A DNA stretch of 62,451 nucleotides, counting the filler, from Squatina squatina (Eukaryota): assembly GCA_031763465.1 (NCBI GenBank). It is 3 parts of 2 records of this genome, joined end to end, with 100 filler letters (N's around TTAATTAATTAA, not from the genome) between each part and the next. Parts side by side here need not be neighbours in the genome. Positions count along the whole stretch, not along the records: positions 1 to 18,624 come from JARFOE010000189.1; positions 18,725 to 45,620 come from JARFOE010000080.1; 1 more part is not named here. One strand, given 5' to 3'. The position numbers and the translations under genes are program-made. The notes beneath the pieces are model-generated. The model saw only the letters and a program-made list of their open reading frames with translations, made no database searches and was not told the origin of the DNA. Below, piece after piece: positions 10,501 through 25,054 of this stretch. How positions within the stretch are numbered: the stretch's first letter is position 1; every line of letters starts with the position of its first letter.

Positions 10501-13500
10501 TGATAAATTTCAAAGGCCCATTCACGTGGTGGATATTAACGCACAATAGAGTATTCTCCACAGAACAGTTATTGTCTTGATACGTCATCTCCTTCTCGCA
10601 GATATCTGGCTTTATAGTTTGTGATGTGGCTTAATGTTTTCTGAAGAAAACCAATATCATAAGAATTTGTACAATTTTAAAGGAGACAATGGCATTAAAA
10701 CCGAAAATGTCTGATCTGAATCTGAACCAATGGGATTTGTTAACCCTACAATGATTTGTAGGCACCATTGCTGTTAAACAAATATGAACCATGGGTAGCT
10801 CGTAACAAATGGATAATATATTGAGCAGAATGAAGAGGCCTGTGATGTGTTTAAAGGCAATTACCTTGGCAGTAATTTATATCACTAGAAAGAGATAACA
10901 TATAAAATCTTCATTTTAGGAAATCTGGGCCGTTACTGCACACTGCAGGCTGTCACCTGTGGTGCCATGAATATAATAGACAATTTGAAACATTACTTCT
11001 TTTCATTCCTGTACTTTTCCTTAACAATAAATTATTTCTGCTTTGGTGAGAGAGTAATATATGTGATGAAGTAGAATTAAAATAATTTTATCTGTATTTT
11101 CTAAAAGTTTCAAGTTAATTACTGAACTCAGTGTTTCTCTTCAAAAGTGAACGTTTATAAGAAGTGATGCATCCCATAGTAGGTCACATGTATAATGGGA
11201 AAACGTCATCTCTTAGAAAACACAAGTATGCTTTTAAGATGAATTGGAGAGGGGAACTGTTCCAATTGCTATTCACAAACAGCATTCTGATACTCGGGTG
11301 GTAGCTTAGCAGATGATACTTGCTTCTTGGTTATTTCTGTAATGAAGCCTCCAATTTAAACACAGCAGAAGATCCATGACTTCAAATTACTGGTTTTCAA
11401 CTCATACGTTTCGGGAACATCCGGAATCACATGAGCACTGCCTCCACCCCACCCCCCAGCTTGAAATGCTGGTGGAAGTTTTGGTGAGATATACCTGGTG
11501 CGATCAAGCATACCTCCACAGATGCTGAGGGCCAGGGAGCAAGAACTCCTAAAATAGGGAGTCCCTACCCTCCCTTCCCCTCTCCCCCTTTATGTCGGCA
11601 TCTTTGTTAGGATTGAGTAGAGGCTGTTCAGGGCCATACAATTGAGATTTTCTTCCACTTCCTTGTGGGCGGATTCTGATGCCTGCCCTTGACCTGCCAT
11701 GTTGCATGCTAATGAGACCAATTAAGCGTGGTTTAGGTCTCTAGTTGCATTCCTTCTGTTTCCACCTCTGTTCTGTCAATCGGAAGGAATGTGTGCAAAG
11801 AAGAGTCAGAACCACATCTGTTGAACTAAGTGCAATTAGCAAATGGTTCTTTGCTTGGACTCGGCTACAAGGAACATAACTATTCGTCCGAGGCTGGAAT
11901 TAACTGTGGTTTCCATAGTGAAAGACTAAAACTTGCATCTTAATCATTGAATCTACCTCATGCTATTTGCCTATCAAATAACTTACTTGCAATTTAATTT
12001 GCTGAAAATGGATTTGTTGGTGTAGAAATCTGATTACAGAGATAAACATTGAAAACATAAGGGCAATTTTGTTTGGACGTGTAACCAAAATGCATTAAGT
12101 TGAGGAAACCAAAGTGCAAGAAAATTGAGTGCTGACTCGCAACAGTAGAATTTAAAACTACCTCCATTGTGATTGATTTTCCAGTCTGTCTCCATTTCAC
12201 AAGCAATTAGGAGCACCTGAAATGAGCACAGCCATTTAAATGATATGCAAATAGAGGTCATCCTATGCCTCTCTTTAATTGCAACCAGACTTCCTGCATT
12301 ACTACTGGTCACAGATCAGGAGCAAGATCAAGAGCAAAGATATAGCGCAGACTTTCTGCAGGTAGCGTCCCTACAGCGTAGTTCTGGGCAAGGTGTATGG
12401 CAATTGTTCAGGTATTTTGCTGCCAGAGATTTTTTGTTCCCTCTTTAGTAGTGTAAAAACCTAAATAATCCTCGGAATCCAAATATAGGTAACTTCAATC
12501 ACATTACCATGCAATGTTGCCGTCCAATGTATGATGTTGAACACTGGCAGGATTGTGAGGTCCGGCATTTGGAGCAAGCAAGAGGTCTGATGGGAAGGAT
12601 NNNNNNNNNNAGTTCCTTAATATGTGCTCTGACATGCAACGCTGCTGTTCAACCTTCCGCAACAAAATTGGGCCTTTAATCTTTTGTAGATGAAGTAGAT
12701 GCCACATGGTTCATGGCTGCTACTTCCTTCCTTCATTAGGTGCAATTGCCTAAATAACTACTGCTAGCCTCCTAAATAGAAGCAAAAGTAGTTTCACAGA
12801 TAGCCATGAAGTAAATAACCTGTTTATACCATATGAAATTGTGGTGTTTTTGTGTGGCTTCCCCCGAATATAACACTATTCTCAAGAACCAAGGGGCAAT
12901 TTTGTTCAGTTCATNNNNNNNNNNNNNNNNNNNNNNNNNNNNNNNNNNNNNNNNNNNNNNNNNNNNNNNNNNNNNNNNNNNNNNNNNNNNNNNNNNNNNN
13001 NNNNNNNNNNNNNNCATCTTTTGTTAAGTAAGCTGTGTGGTTTGTGTCTTCTGGAATCCATGTAGGGCCAATAATACAATTTAAAGTACTGTGGTGCTTC
13101 AGGTGCAGAAACCTGAGGTGTACTACATGCCTGATGCACTCAACACTTGCCTGCCCTGTCAGTTAGTAATTACCATGCCATAAGCCTGCATACGAATTGT
13201 GCACATGGTTCATAGTAGACCCTAAATATTATGTAAATGAGGGATCTTCCATTTCCAACAGGCATCTTTGATGAGTCTTCTAACAACCAAGTCTTCAAAT
13301 GGGGAATTTGTGCCCCACAGTTTGAGAGGACAAATATGACTGCTTTGCAAGCCCAGCTAGTAGCTCTTCACTGGCTGCCGTCATCCAAGATTCAAAGTCA
13401 GCACAATCCTGGGCTGCAGATGTGCACAGAACCCAAGGAACACCGATCTCAGTAACACAGCGTTGGGATGACCTTATCTGCAGCCGAACATTGCCTAAAA

Positions 13501-14001
13501 GGGAATTATTCCTGTTTTTGCACTCCTAGGGAAGAGCATCACATGTCGGGAGCAGATAAGTGAACATCATTCATGGAGGATTGCCCCTCGTTACTAATCT
13601 GCCAGCCAGTGGATACAATCTTTCCTTGGAAAACCTTTAAAAAAAATTTGAATACACCTATCTTCCTGGGCCTCTTCTGGCCCCACTCCTGCGGACGGGC
13701 AGGGTTTGTTTTTTTGACAATTAAAAACCTGCATTGTAAAATTTTATGAAAGGTTTCCATGGTAATATGCTTCACGGATAGGATAATTAACAGGATCTGC
13801 TGGTGTGTGACAACTCATTTAATGGCATTTCTAGATAACAGCTGTGTGTTAGCATTTATGATTCATACTCGCTATAAATTGGCCACTACAGCTTTGAAAT
13901 ATCCATGAACTATTGCTATTCCACTCACTGATAAATTTGATGATATATGTGCTTAATGGACAATGGAAGGAAATTAAAGTACGACTAGTTATCTGCCTAT
14001 C

Positions 14002-14156
14002 GGGTGTAGCATAGTGGTTATGTTACTGGATGAGTAATCCTGAGGCCTGGACTAATGATTGGGAGACATAAGTTCAATCCCACCACAGCAGTTGAGGAAT
14101 TTAAATTCAGTTAATTAAATGGAATAGAAAGTATCAGTAATGGTGACCATAAAACG
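14002..14156 (+). mobile_element. tRNA-derived SINE, 5' part
   Basis: A-box-like TAGCATAGTGG and B-box-like AGTTCAATCCC; the body matches the reverse complement of about 20670-20755. Confidence 0.6.
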
Positions 14157-14256
14157 NNNNNNNNNNNNNNNNNNNNNNNNNNNNNNNNNNNNNNNNNNNN
14201 NNNNNNNNNNNNNNNNNNNNNNNNNNNNNNNNNNNNNNNNNNNNNNNNNNNNNNNN

Positions 14257-14525
14257 GGTGAGCTATGTAGACCAGGAGGGTCCCAGATTAAATCTCCAGT
14301 CTCTGCTGAGTGAATTGATCCTCGACAGTCCTGGGTTAGCAGATGGAAAACTGGTTAGATTTCTCTATCCTGATCGCAACCCAGTGACCCCCATCTAGAA
14401 GTACAGCTATGTGGGCATTGAGGATGGGATCTGGCATGCCTGTGATGTCTCTCCTGGTGGTCAACACACTCACTGTCAAGGCTCTCGCATGAATCATGGA
14501 CACTTGGGGGAGGTACCAGATAGTG
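14257..14525 (+). mobile_element. SINE-like repeat (second family)
   Basis: Related copies in reverse orientation at about 48290-48600 and 54480-54530 (shared gcatgaat..tgg.cacttggg segment). Confidence 0.45.
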
Positions 14526-14929
14526 ACCAAGACTCTGGAAGTTAGCAAAGATTTAAAACCTTCAGGAAAGGATGGGAAGAGGGACAATTGGTGAGGAAAA
14601 AGAAATCACCTCTCAGTGTTTGTGGCTAGTTTGAAATCTCTCTGAGAATTGTGCTTCACAGAATAACATTGAGACAGAGAACACCTGCAAATTGTGTTCT
14701 TTGTTTGACAGCATGGAGAAATTTGTAAAGATGATACTGCTATATTTTAGGTTGTAGGAGAATTCATAAAAAGTTCTGAAAAGTTCCCAAGTGTCCACAT
14801 AATTGATTTTTAAGTGGTTTTAAATATGCAATAGTGTGTTGCCAAAGGCTCAGTCGTGATGCTTCCCAAAAGTCCACCTGCTTTCAACTTTAATGGGTGG
14901 AACTGGCAGAAATATGTGAACAGATTAAA

Positions 14930-15125
14930 GATGATGCTAAGCTGTATGGCCAGGTGAACAGTGCAGAGAAGATTGATAACATTCAAAGGGATCCAGACAA
15001 CTTAAGTATTATTTAATGTGGAAAAATCCAAGGGAATGCACATTAAGGAACATTGATCATTTAACCAGTGGACAGGTATCTACTGACAGAGGCAGAGAAG
15101 GAAAATGATTTAAGTGTAATGACTG
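14930..15125 (+). mobile_element. Old CR1 RT fragment
   Basis: DDAKLYGQVNSAEKIDNIQRDPDNL...FNVEKSKGMH...EKENDLSV resembles the CR1 ADDTKL...LQ.DLD.L...FN..KC.VMH...E.DLGV region. Confidence 0.55.
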
Positions 15126-16142
15126 TAGTTATATCTCTGACCCCCTGCATCCCTTGGGGGTGCTAAATGTACTCTTATGAGAATGCCGTCTGGGATGAAA
15201 TCAAAAGAAGCAATTTTAGGAGGGCAATGCATTCGCCTACATCTTGGAAGCTGTGCTTTGTTANNNNNNNNNNNNNNNNNNNNNNNNNNNNNNNNNNNNN
15301 NNNNNNNNNNNNNNNNNNNNNNNNNNNNNNNNNNNNNNNNNNNNNNNNNNNNNNNNNNNNNNNGAAACTAACAAGGAGGCGGGTTTGGAGCGGGATCCCG
15401 ACCCACTGTCAATCAGAGCCATTTTGACAGCAGTCCCATTTCCAAACCCGCATTGGCAGAGCTGGGAATATTCCAGCCCATGTGTGCATTCAGGTCATTC
15501 GTTGATGAGTGCGAGCTGGAAGAGTGCTCCCACGTGTGTGTATTTGTCAGCAGCTCCCGGAGCCCCACAGCACCTGGACGAGCAAATTCATCCATGGCAC
15601 GGGAAGTGTTAACTCAGTAAATTACTGCTTTATTTGTACAGCACAATGTAGAATTAATTAAAGCTTTACTAATGCAGTATGACACATTAAGAAGCACTAC
15701 TAATGGTTCTTAAGAACACTAACGTTTATACATCATCTTCAATGAACCGATTTTCATTACATTTTACATTCTACATTATTCTGAAGCGGAACTGAAATGT
15801 AATTTGCCACATTGTTGGACAATTAACAATTTCAGTTTTCAACTCACAAAAGTCAGCCCACTCGCTGTATTGATGAAAGCAGGACTGACAGGATAAGACA
15901 GAAACACATAAAGCTGATTAGTCTGGAAGATTTGAGGCCTAAATAGTGGAAGATGAAGATGCAATGTGGATCAGGTTTTGAATCTGAAGCTAAATATATG
16001 AAATGGAAATAGCAAACTGCATGGCAAAGGAATGAAGTCACAAAAATAAAGAAGACATAACATAGACCCATTTGTCAAATATTACGATTATTCCCACAGC
16101 ACCATCACTGGCCAGAGGTGGTTATTATCAGATGTCATTGGT

Positions 16143-16272
16143 CATAAGAAATCGGAGTAGGAATAGGCCATACGGTCTCGCAAGCCTGCTCCACCATTCA
16201 ATAAGATCATGGCTGATCTTCTACCTCACCTTCCTGTCCTATCCCCATATATTTTGATTCCCTTAGTGTCCC
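16143..16272 (-). mobile_element. CR1 LINE 3' end fragment
   Basis: cataagaaat..gagtaggaataggccat...ccattcaataagatcatggctgatc recurs at 33848, 47894, 57023 and 62400. Confidence 0.7.
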
Positions 16273-18668
16273 AAAAAATGAAAAGTTTACATAGAACATT
16301 TTCATTATGAATTAAGACAGTAATGGAAATATGAAAGTAAGGATAGAAGGTATGACTTTAACATAGCGACTGAATTATGTTTTGTGTGCTCTGGTCCAAT
16401 AATCACCACTCTCTAACCAGACTTCATCCGAAGACAGTATTTGACCTTGACTTCTTGAGTGTGGTGCCACAGGAGATTAACTTCTGTGTGTGCGTGCGTA
16501 TTGGAAATAACATAGCTGACCCATTGACATCTGAAGAAAACAGGTTAAGATTTTGCATGTAAGCGATTCAATAGTGGTGGTGGAATTGGTTGACCACTGT
16601 GTAGAAATAAATAGGATTTTATCGCAGCTAGTCAGAAGGAGCAAATACCTGCAGGATTAATTGGAATATGGAAAAACAAGTTTGATTCTAGATTGTACAC
16701 TGATGAAATTTCAGCTTATATTTATTCCCTGGAGAGGAAATAAGAACTTACCAGATACAGAAAGAAATGTGCATTCAAACGCATTTTATATATATATACA
16801 CAAAATGATTTTTTTACACAAAGAGTACGCTTTGTGCACATGTACACATAAGCAAACTGTTTGCAACTGAACTATAATGAGAATGGCCCTGAAATTGCGA
16901 TTGGAGGCTTCCTGCGTGCGGGTGCCTCCAATCACAAAAAAAGTTACGTACTTTCCTAAGGGTCCTTGATCCACGCGAGTTTGCAATGTTCAGCTCCCCC
17001 GAGTTGGAGATTCGGAGCGGGGCCCTCCAGTTTCCCGGGCAAGTTGAGCGAAGAGGCTGGNNNNNNNNNNNNNNNNNNNNNNNNNNNNNNNNNNNNNNNN
17101 NNNNNNNNNNNNNNNNNNNNNNNNNNNNNNNNNNNNNNNNNNNNNNNNNNNNNNNNNNNNGCTAAAACTGATACATTAGTAAGATGAAGAGCTGAATTAT
17201 TGTAATTTGGTTTTCAATTATAGTGCTGTTCACTTTGTTTACTTGCATTTTGATTGGTTGATGACTATAATAAAGGCTTGAACATCTTGACAGTGCATGA
17301 AGCATCCTGTCAACAGTGAAAATCAAAACCAAATCTTTCCCTGGCAGTCTGTTGTTAGTGTCAGAACACACGACATGTTGTGGCTGTTGCCAATTTTCTT
17401 GTTTTATTTATGTAATTAGAATTCTATCACAAAGAGGTTTTTTTTGTAAAGATAAAATCACTTATTTTTGTTGAAACGACAAGTGTATATTATTAAATAT
17501 ACATCTATTATTGTGCTTTTCAAATGGTCACTGAATCAAACTTTATAGAATGGATGTGTTCCAAAATGGTAAAATCAAAAATCAACAACAATTATACAAA
17601 CTACATAATCTATTACTAAACTGAAAATAAATCACACTGAATGATTAAATGGATCTCAAAGCAGATTTATTACTCTTTACTAAGGTAGCATAATTTCTCT
17701 TCAAAAGTGACATTGAAAAAGGACTGCATGCATCTGCTTACTACTCATGTAAACAATATTCTAATCAACAATCATTTATCTCTGCTGATTGAACTTAGAT
17801 TTATGTTGACTTGGACTATACAAGGAAGTACTTTATATCACATTAGATAAACGCATAACTGAAAATATATTGAAATAACATAGAGTGCCAAGCTAAAAAT
17901 GTCCATAGGTCATATAAAATTACAGTTCACTATTCTTAAGTAACAAATCATAATGATTAATTACTGGCTCTGAAATCACACCGTGGTGCAAATGTACAAG
18001 CTTTTAATATAGCTGCCTGAAATTCCACTCTCTGCAACTTTAGTTGAGGTGTTTAGCCATTAAAAGTAATCCCACAGTGTAAACTCAGGGCCACCTGAGT
18101 TGTATGTAAGGCATTGTTGCTGTTGCTTGTGAGTTATGAGTTTGTAGTAACATTTTCAGCAGTGTAATTTTTTTGGGCTCTTCAATCCATCCATCACTAC
18201 AGCCTCCCTGAGGCTGCCAGCTTTGTGTTGCTTTGTGCTGAATTGTGGGCAATTTTGTAGTGTGGGCCTGCGCCCATCAAGACCTGGATTGAGATTAACC
18301 AAACTCATTTTATGTAGGAGTATTATAGTCAGCATAGGAAACAAACTGGGCTGTATTCATAATAAGTGCCCCTTGTGCCACCCATTTCTCAGGACATGAA
18401 TCTTTAACAATTTTGAAATGAATCCTTAAGTTCTCTGCTGCTGTTTTGATATTCTCTGTGCATTTATATCAATTAAAAAAACAATATTGTAAATTATTTT
18501 TACAATATTAAAATCACGGTAAGATTAAACATACATTACATCGTGGATTCATCAATATGTTCGAGGGAATAAGTAAATAACAGTAAATACATGATTTGCT
18601 AGAGCACATGATGCATCTTAAGAANNNNNNNNNNNNNNNNNNNNNNNNNNNNNNNNNNNNNNNNNNNN

Positions 18669-18680
18669 TTAATTAATTAA
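18669..18680. other. Artificial six-frame stop linker TTAATTAATTAA inside a scaffold gap
   Basis: 44 N + 12 bp + 44 N = exactly 100 bp; identical construct at 45665-45676. Confidence 0.95.
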
Positions 18681-20440
18681 NNNNNNNNNNNNNNNNNNNN
18701 NNNNNNNNNNNNNNNNNNNNNNNNCCGTCCAGTTTTATTCTTATTGTTGTTCCTAGCGGATAGCTACAACTGAGTGGCTGCCGTCTGCCTGGCTCTCATT
18801 CCAAGTTCAAATCAGTGCTTAAAGGTTTGGATCTGTCAGGTTTGTTAGAATACATTCTTGTGAAGATTGTGAATGATTTTTACAGATGAAGTGAATTGCT
18901 CAAATTTGCTATGAAAACTGAAAATAAAAATTTTATTTTTCCAGCGAATGAATTATGTTCTATCTGTTAGCAGTTCCCACAATCTTGAAATACTTTTCCA
19001 TGGTGCAGCATCTGTTCATGTTTCTGTGGGTGTAGCTTCTCACAAGATTAGTCTTATATGTCTGCAAAACAACCGAATGTTTGGGGGAGGTGTGGTTGCC
19101 CGACTCATATCACTACCATTCAGCTTGTCAAATATGATACTTGATTTATTTAAGATGAATTGGTATCCAAACAAAACTGCTCTGTGTCAAAGCTTTGACA
19201 TAGGTCTGGTTCATAGGTTTACAAATTGACATAATAGTATGGGGAAGGTGGAATATTTTGGAAGACAGCCAGTTTAGCCTTTGCATGTGCAAGACTTGAA
19301 TTAATTCAGACTCTGCTATGAAATGGTGAACAGTTTACTTTCATGTGCCTGCATTGGATGCATTCTCAGTAAAATGAAAGCTACTGGAGATGTAATCAAA
19401 CCAAAGGGACTAATATCCCATGAGTGTACTTTAAGTATCTCCTTACATTAGATATTTCTCCTTGAGCTGTGGATATGACTAAAATACATGTGTTTGAGCA
19501 AAATAAAATTTGTGCATATCTTTTGGGGATACTTATTGCAAAGAGGATCATATTACAACATTTGAAAAGTATGGTAAATTGCCTCTCAAAGCATGCATTG
19601 TGCTGCAGCACCTTATCCTATTTGTCTGCAGTGGCATTGATATATAGTTCCCCGATTCTGCAATTATGGCCAATTTAAACCATGGGATATCAGTGCAAAC
19701 AGCGTCCCTGAAAACACAGATTAGGGCAGACTGTTTACGTATTAGAAAACTGTTAGTTAAATATTGAAATGCCCAATCATACTCTAAAGATTTGAAGATT
19801 GCCCTCGCTATTTTAGAAAAGTAATTTCTAAATAGTGTACTTTACTATATTCTATTCTCTCATGATTATTGGCAGCTATTTCAAAGGAAATGTCAAGAGG
19901 ATCAACCTATGAAAAGAAATGAAAGGGATGGTAAATGTAGCCAGCATATGGTGCAATGTGTTTGAGTAACAGCTTGTGTCCCAACGTGGCAAGATTTAGA
20001 TTTATTCCACCAAGTTTTAGATCTCAACTTCACTTCGCAGGGAGCTGCCAAGTGGTCAGCCACTTAACTTTAGTGACAACACTTTGTTTTGGTTGTTTAT
20101 TTTGTAATATGCTCGAAATGGTATGGGGCAAGTGAATGTCTTATTTGTGTGTACCTGAGAACACAAAATAGGACCAACAGAGAAAGGGTTAACATGAAAG
20201 CAGGAAATCCTATAATTTTAGTAAGGAGGGGATTTCTAGATAATGGCCAGGATTTCTTGTCCACCCTCCACTGATTAATAAGCAGATGCAAATGGAAAAT
20301 GCATCCTCCAATATATTTCCTGCATTTCGCACCATTGCAACACTAGATGCCTGCGATGCTTGTTGATACCCAGCATTCAGCATTACCATGGCACCAGAGG
20401 GAGGCTCTCATACGAAACAAAGTTTTTTATTTGTTCTAGG

Positions 20441-20755
20441 GATGTGAGGGATGTGGGCAAGGCTGGCATTTATTGCTCATCCCCAGTTGTCTTGTTTTGA
20501 TACAACTGAGTGTCTTGTGAGGCCTCTTCAGAGCGTACTTAAGAGTCAACCATGCTGGTGTGGGACTGGAATCATGTATAGGCCAAACCAGGTAAGGCCA
20601 GACCAGGTAAGGACAGCAGGTTTCATTTCCTAAAGGGCATCACTGAAGCAGTTGGGTTTTTACGACAATCTGGTAGTTTCATGGTTACCATTACTAATAC
20701 TAACTTTTTATTCCAGATTTATCTAACTAAATTCTAATTCACAAACTGCCACTGG
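20441..20755 (-). mobile_element. SINE body and tail (same family as 14002-14156)
   Basis: tttcatggttaccattactaatact...ttattcca is the reverse complement of the 14120-14152 segment. Confidence 0.55.
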
Positions 20756-20879
20756 GGGAGCACTTCATAGGAGCACTAGATTAGGAAAAGCCAAATGAAA
20801 GACAGGCACTAAGGGATTGCTAAAGAGTGATTAGTTAATATTTTTCATGTAAATATGTCTGAATTGACATGTGTACAGA

Positions 20880-20954
20880 GGGTTTGGAGGAAGATAGGGA
20901 AAGCAATAGAGGTAAGGGATTCGATAGTTGGGGGAACAGGCAGGCGTTTCTGTG
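20880..20954 (+). mobile_element. CR1 ORF1 esterase-like fragment
   Basis: KAIEVRDSIVGGTGRRFC resembles the (G)DSIVRGTDRRFC motif. Confidence 0.55.
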
Positions 20955-23232
20955 NNNNNNNNNNNNNNNNNNNNNNNNNNNNNNNNNNNNNNNNNNNNNN
21001 NNNNNNNNNNNNNNNNNNNNNNNNNNNNNNNNNNNNNNNNNNNNNNNNNNNNNNTCTGTTTATACCTTTATTCTAATGCACAGCTAAATGCAAACAAAAT
21101 ATTGTTTTTGGGGGGTTTTATGAAGATTATTACCACTACAGATGGTGTTTTAATATTACATCATCTGAACCTCTTTGTGTATCTCTCCAGATGATGTCGC
21201 TGCCATCTTCAATATCTCCTAAATGGCATTAACTTCATGTGGCTGTCATGGTCACAAATGACTTTGACAGAATAGGTCAAATTTGCATTGTAAGAAGGAG
21301 GGAAAGCCCATCTGGTTCCAATGTTATCACACCACATAAAAAATTGGGTTTATAGCACAGCTATATTTTCTGTTGTATGAAGTTGCCTGTAATCTCCAGG
21401 TGGCAATAGATTCTAAAATTCGGAGTGCCTCACTAAATAACAAGACAAATTGAATAATACTTATTAAATCCATATATATATTCAGAAATAGCAAATTAAC
21501 ATACATTAGTGATAAAGAGAAGAGGGTGAATGAATGGTTTATTTTCACAAATATCTACTTTAATGCTCAACGTTGTTGTATTTGTAAGTTGGTGCCATTC
21601 GGAGCCTTTAGAACTTTGATTAGCTTGCGTACTTTCCAACTCTTGGTCCTTAGCCTTGCAGGTTACGGCACNNNNNNNNNNCTTTGTCCTTTTGGTCATG
21701 ACAATTGAAGTGATCCGATTCCAATAATTCCCAATAATAAAGGGATAAAAAGAATAAGAACAATCACAGGTGCTTTATGAATGTATAGCAGTCCTTGCAA
21801 AAGTATAGAATTTTGGTAAGGCAAGAGCTACGGAAATGCCTCATCCATATCACATGATTGTTTTACTAGTAAGCATTTAATAAATAAAGGTGACTAGTCA
21901 GGACTTGGTGATAATGTAATAAACTGCATTAACAGAATACTAAAACTGAAGTATCGTATTAAGTTCTTCATTGGCTATTANNNNNNNNNNTTAGTTAGTC
22001 TTGGTACTAATACATTGTACTCAGTTGATTTAGTATCCTACCATTATGAGGTGGTTCTGCTGAGTGGTGTGGCTCAGGTGAAAAAAGTATAATGATCTAA
22101 ACATAGGTAATAATCTTTGACTGGCACTGTGGTATTGTAAGGTTATATTTTTTGTGAAAACTATGTAATAAAATGGATTGTAATTGTTATTGATCATAGA
22201 TTGTGTAACATTGTGTAACATTGCAACACTACTCCAATATGTGCTTTCGTATGCAGCTGATGGATATAATTGCTATCAGTTATGCATTTAATAATACTTG
22301 TAAGCATGCAGCTATAAACTTAAATACTGCTTTACACTGGAACATCTGCCACGGTGTGTAAANNNNNNNNNNAACTGGAATTTTTATAGCAGCACATACT
22401 CACTGCCCCGGTCATTAAAGGAATGCAGCGTCTTCATATCATGTGTTCTGCCCACCTATTTGTTTGCAAAGGATTGGCCAACGGGGACAGGGACACAGAA
22501 AGTGATCTGCTGCTACATGCTTTGGGAAAGTATGGGAGCTGATTGAGATTTGCCCTCAGGACAACCTGGAATATGAAATCGGTCACATACACATTCTTGA
22601 TGATGGAGTATGTAAATACTGAAGCCAAATAGCAGCACAATATCAGATATCTACTTAGCTGCTAGCCTCTGTGTTAACTACAAAAGCAGGATCAAGAGAC
22701 TGTATGATGTAAAGGGCTGGGTATAGGTTGAGAAAGCTCGATACATAGGCCTGGATTTTTTTTATAAACTGCCCAAGATCAACTGATATGGCAGCAGAAG
22801 AAAAAAGAAAATAGGACAGGGAGGCCTAACTCTGAATCCCTGCCCCTCAGAGTGCTGCCCAAAATCTTCGGTCAACCCGCACCCCCTGGCCCCAACAGGG
22901 AACTCAACCACCCATCCTGTGACCACTCTGTTGCAGTTGTGACAGAGCAGAGCAAGGACAGAGAACTTGGCTAATTTTCATGCCTGGGTAGTGTCCGCTG
23001 GAGGCGTTTCCAGGGCACTGAGCGTATTTTTGTGGCCGGCGGTGCTGCTCACATCTCCCCGGACATTCATGGGCTGTTTTGCGGGGGTGCCCAGAGGATA
23101 TGCCTCCGCGGGCCGGCGCGGCGAGAATATCGGCAGCGCATGACCACCGTGCGCACCGCCACGTGTGTCACCCGGCAGGGTTTTCATCTCGGGAAACAGC
23201 CATGGCGCCTGGGGTTAGCAGCGACAGCAAGT

Positions 23233-23762
23233 GATTCTATAGACTTTGGAGCAGTTCCTACAGATTGGAGGGTGGAAAATGTAAACCCACTATTTAAAAA
23301 AGGAGGGAGAGAAAAAACAGGGAATTATAGACCAGTTAGCCTGACATCAGTAGTGGGGAAAATGCTAGAATCTATTATAAAAGATGTAATAACAGAACAC
23401 TTGGAAAGCATTAACGGGATTGGACAAAGTCAGCATGGGTTTATGAANNNNNNNNNNNNNNNNNNNNNNNNNNNNNNNNNNNNNNNNNNNNNNNNNNNNN
23501 NNNNNNNNNNNNNNNNNNNNNNNNNNNNNNNNNNNNNNNNNNNNNNNCGCAGCAAATTGTTACGATCTGGAATGCACTGCCTGAAAGGGTGTTGGAAGCA
23601 GATTCAACAGGAAATTGGATAAATACTTGAAGGGGAAATATTTCCAGAGCTATGGGGAAAGGGCAGAGGTGTGGGACTAATTGGATAATTCTTTCAAAGA
23701 GCTGGCACAGGCATGATATGCCGAATCGTCTTCTTCTGTGCTCTATCATTCTATGATTCTAC
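23233..23762 (+). mobile_element. CR1 LINE: RT N-terminal fragment (23233-23446), gap, then 3' end (23548-23762)
   Basis: VPTDWRVENVNPLFKKGGREKTGNYRPVSLTSVVGKMLESII...QSQHGFM; the tail ends in the (ATTCTATG)-type repeat typical of CR1. Confidence 0.9.
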
Positions 23763-25054
23763 TGAAGCAGAGTGGTACTCTTCCATTTTCCATACCAACA
23801 ATCCTGAAACCTGCCTAAATGGCGTTGCTAATTAGTTCCAATTTCGGGGTTGTTTTGTGCTTGGCTTTGGATTGAGATATCCTAAACTTATTTCTTATGG
23901 GGGTTTTGTAGCCAGCAGCAGGAGAGAATTTCATACCATTAGCCTGTACTGGATTTAAATCAGGTCTCAAAAGTGAAAAGCCAGTGTCTAACCCACTGTG
24001 CCACCTACATAGCTTTTGCAATGGAGGAGATATGATCAGAAGAAAAAGTGAAGTTGAAAATGGAGATAGCCGAAGAAGGATGAATGATGGAAGCATCAAA
24101 AAGGTGCTAGCTGTTGGGTAGATTTGCAATACATATGTAAAGATTTTGATTGCATTTTGAAGGGTATGAAGGAGCAAATTGTAGTGATTCAACCATTGCA
24201 TTGCTAAAGGATCGGAGGTGGTGTGTACTGAGGACATGCAATGTGAGGAAAGTTTATGACTGTTGAGTGGAATTGTCAGCAAAAGAGTGGACGTGGTTCA
24301 ATGATGAGTGGAGGAAGTCATTGATATGAAAAAGGAACAGTGTGTTAATGGAAAATTGTCAGAGGATGAGCTATCAACTGCAGTATAGATAAAGCAATTT
24401 GAGAGGAAACTAGATAACCATAACATTAGTTGGAGTCCATATGATAACTTGTTTAAAAGTGCACCAGGTCAGATCTTGACAAAGCCTTTGAAGTTGTGAA
24501 AGGCAATGATAAATGATTCATCAAAATATTTTCAGCCCTAAAGAAAATACACACCATTGGGTCTTTCTTTCTTTCTCTCTCTGTTCCACTTACTTTCTGT
24601 CTTTCCTGTGTTAACTCTTTTCACTTTGCCATTTTCTCCTCCCCTTTTCTTACTCCTTTATTTTTACTTTTCACTCCTCTTTGTTTGTACACCCTTTTGC
24701 TTTGTTTCTCGCAATTTCCTTGGCGGGGGGATTGTGAGCATGGGAAGCAGCTCATGCAGCTGAAGTGCCCCAGAGGGAGGAAATAAAGGGGCCGTGGCTG
24801 CTGTTGCATCAGTGCAGATTTTTTTTGCGAGAATATGGATTTTTCTCATGAAACATAATTTGGGAGAAAGATTTTTTTTATGACCGAATAACAAAGCTAG
24901 ACAATAACCAATTACAAATGGGAGAACACAAATCCTCAACCAACAAGGAAGTAGAACGACACTTAACTAATGAGAAAAAAAATTGACAGATTCGATGATT
25001 ATGATGTAGACAGTAGATGTGACAGATGATAGTTACAAGAAAATCTATTATAGA

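Noticed and set aside
14002-14085. tRNA gene
   Set aside because: A/B boxes run into a SINE body with no cloverleaf; likewise at 41662.
18625-18724. TTAATTAATTAA palindrome as a biological site
   Set aside because: Centred exactly in 100-bp N gaps twice; a scaffolding linker.
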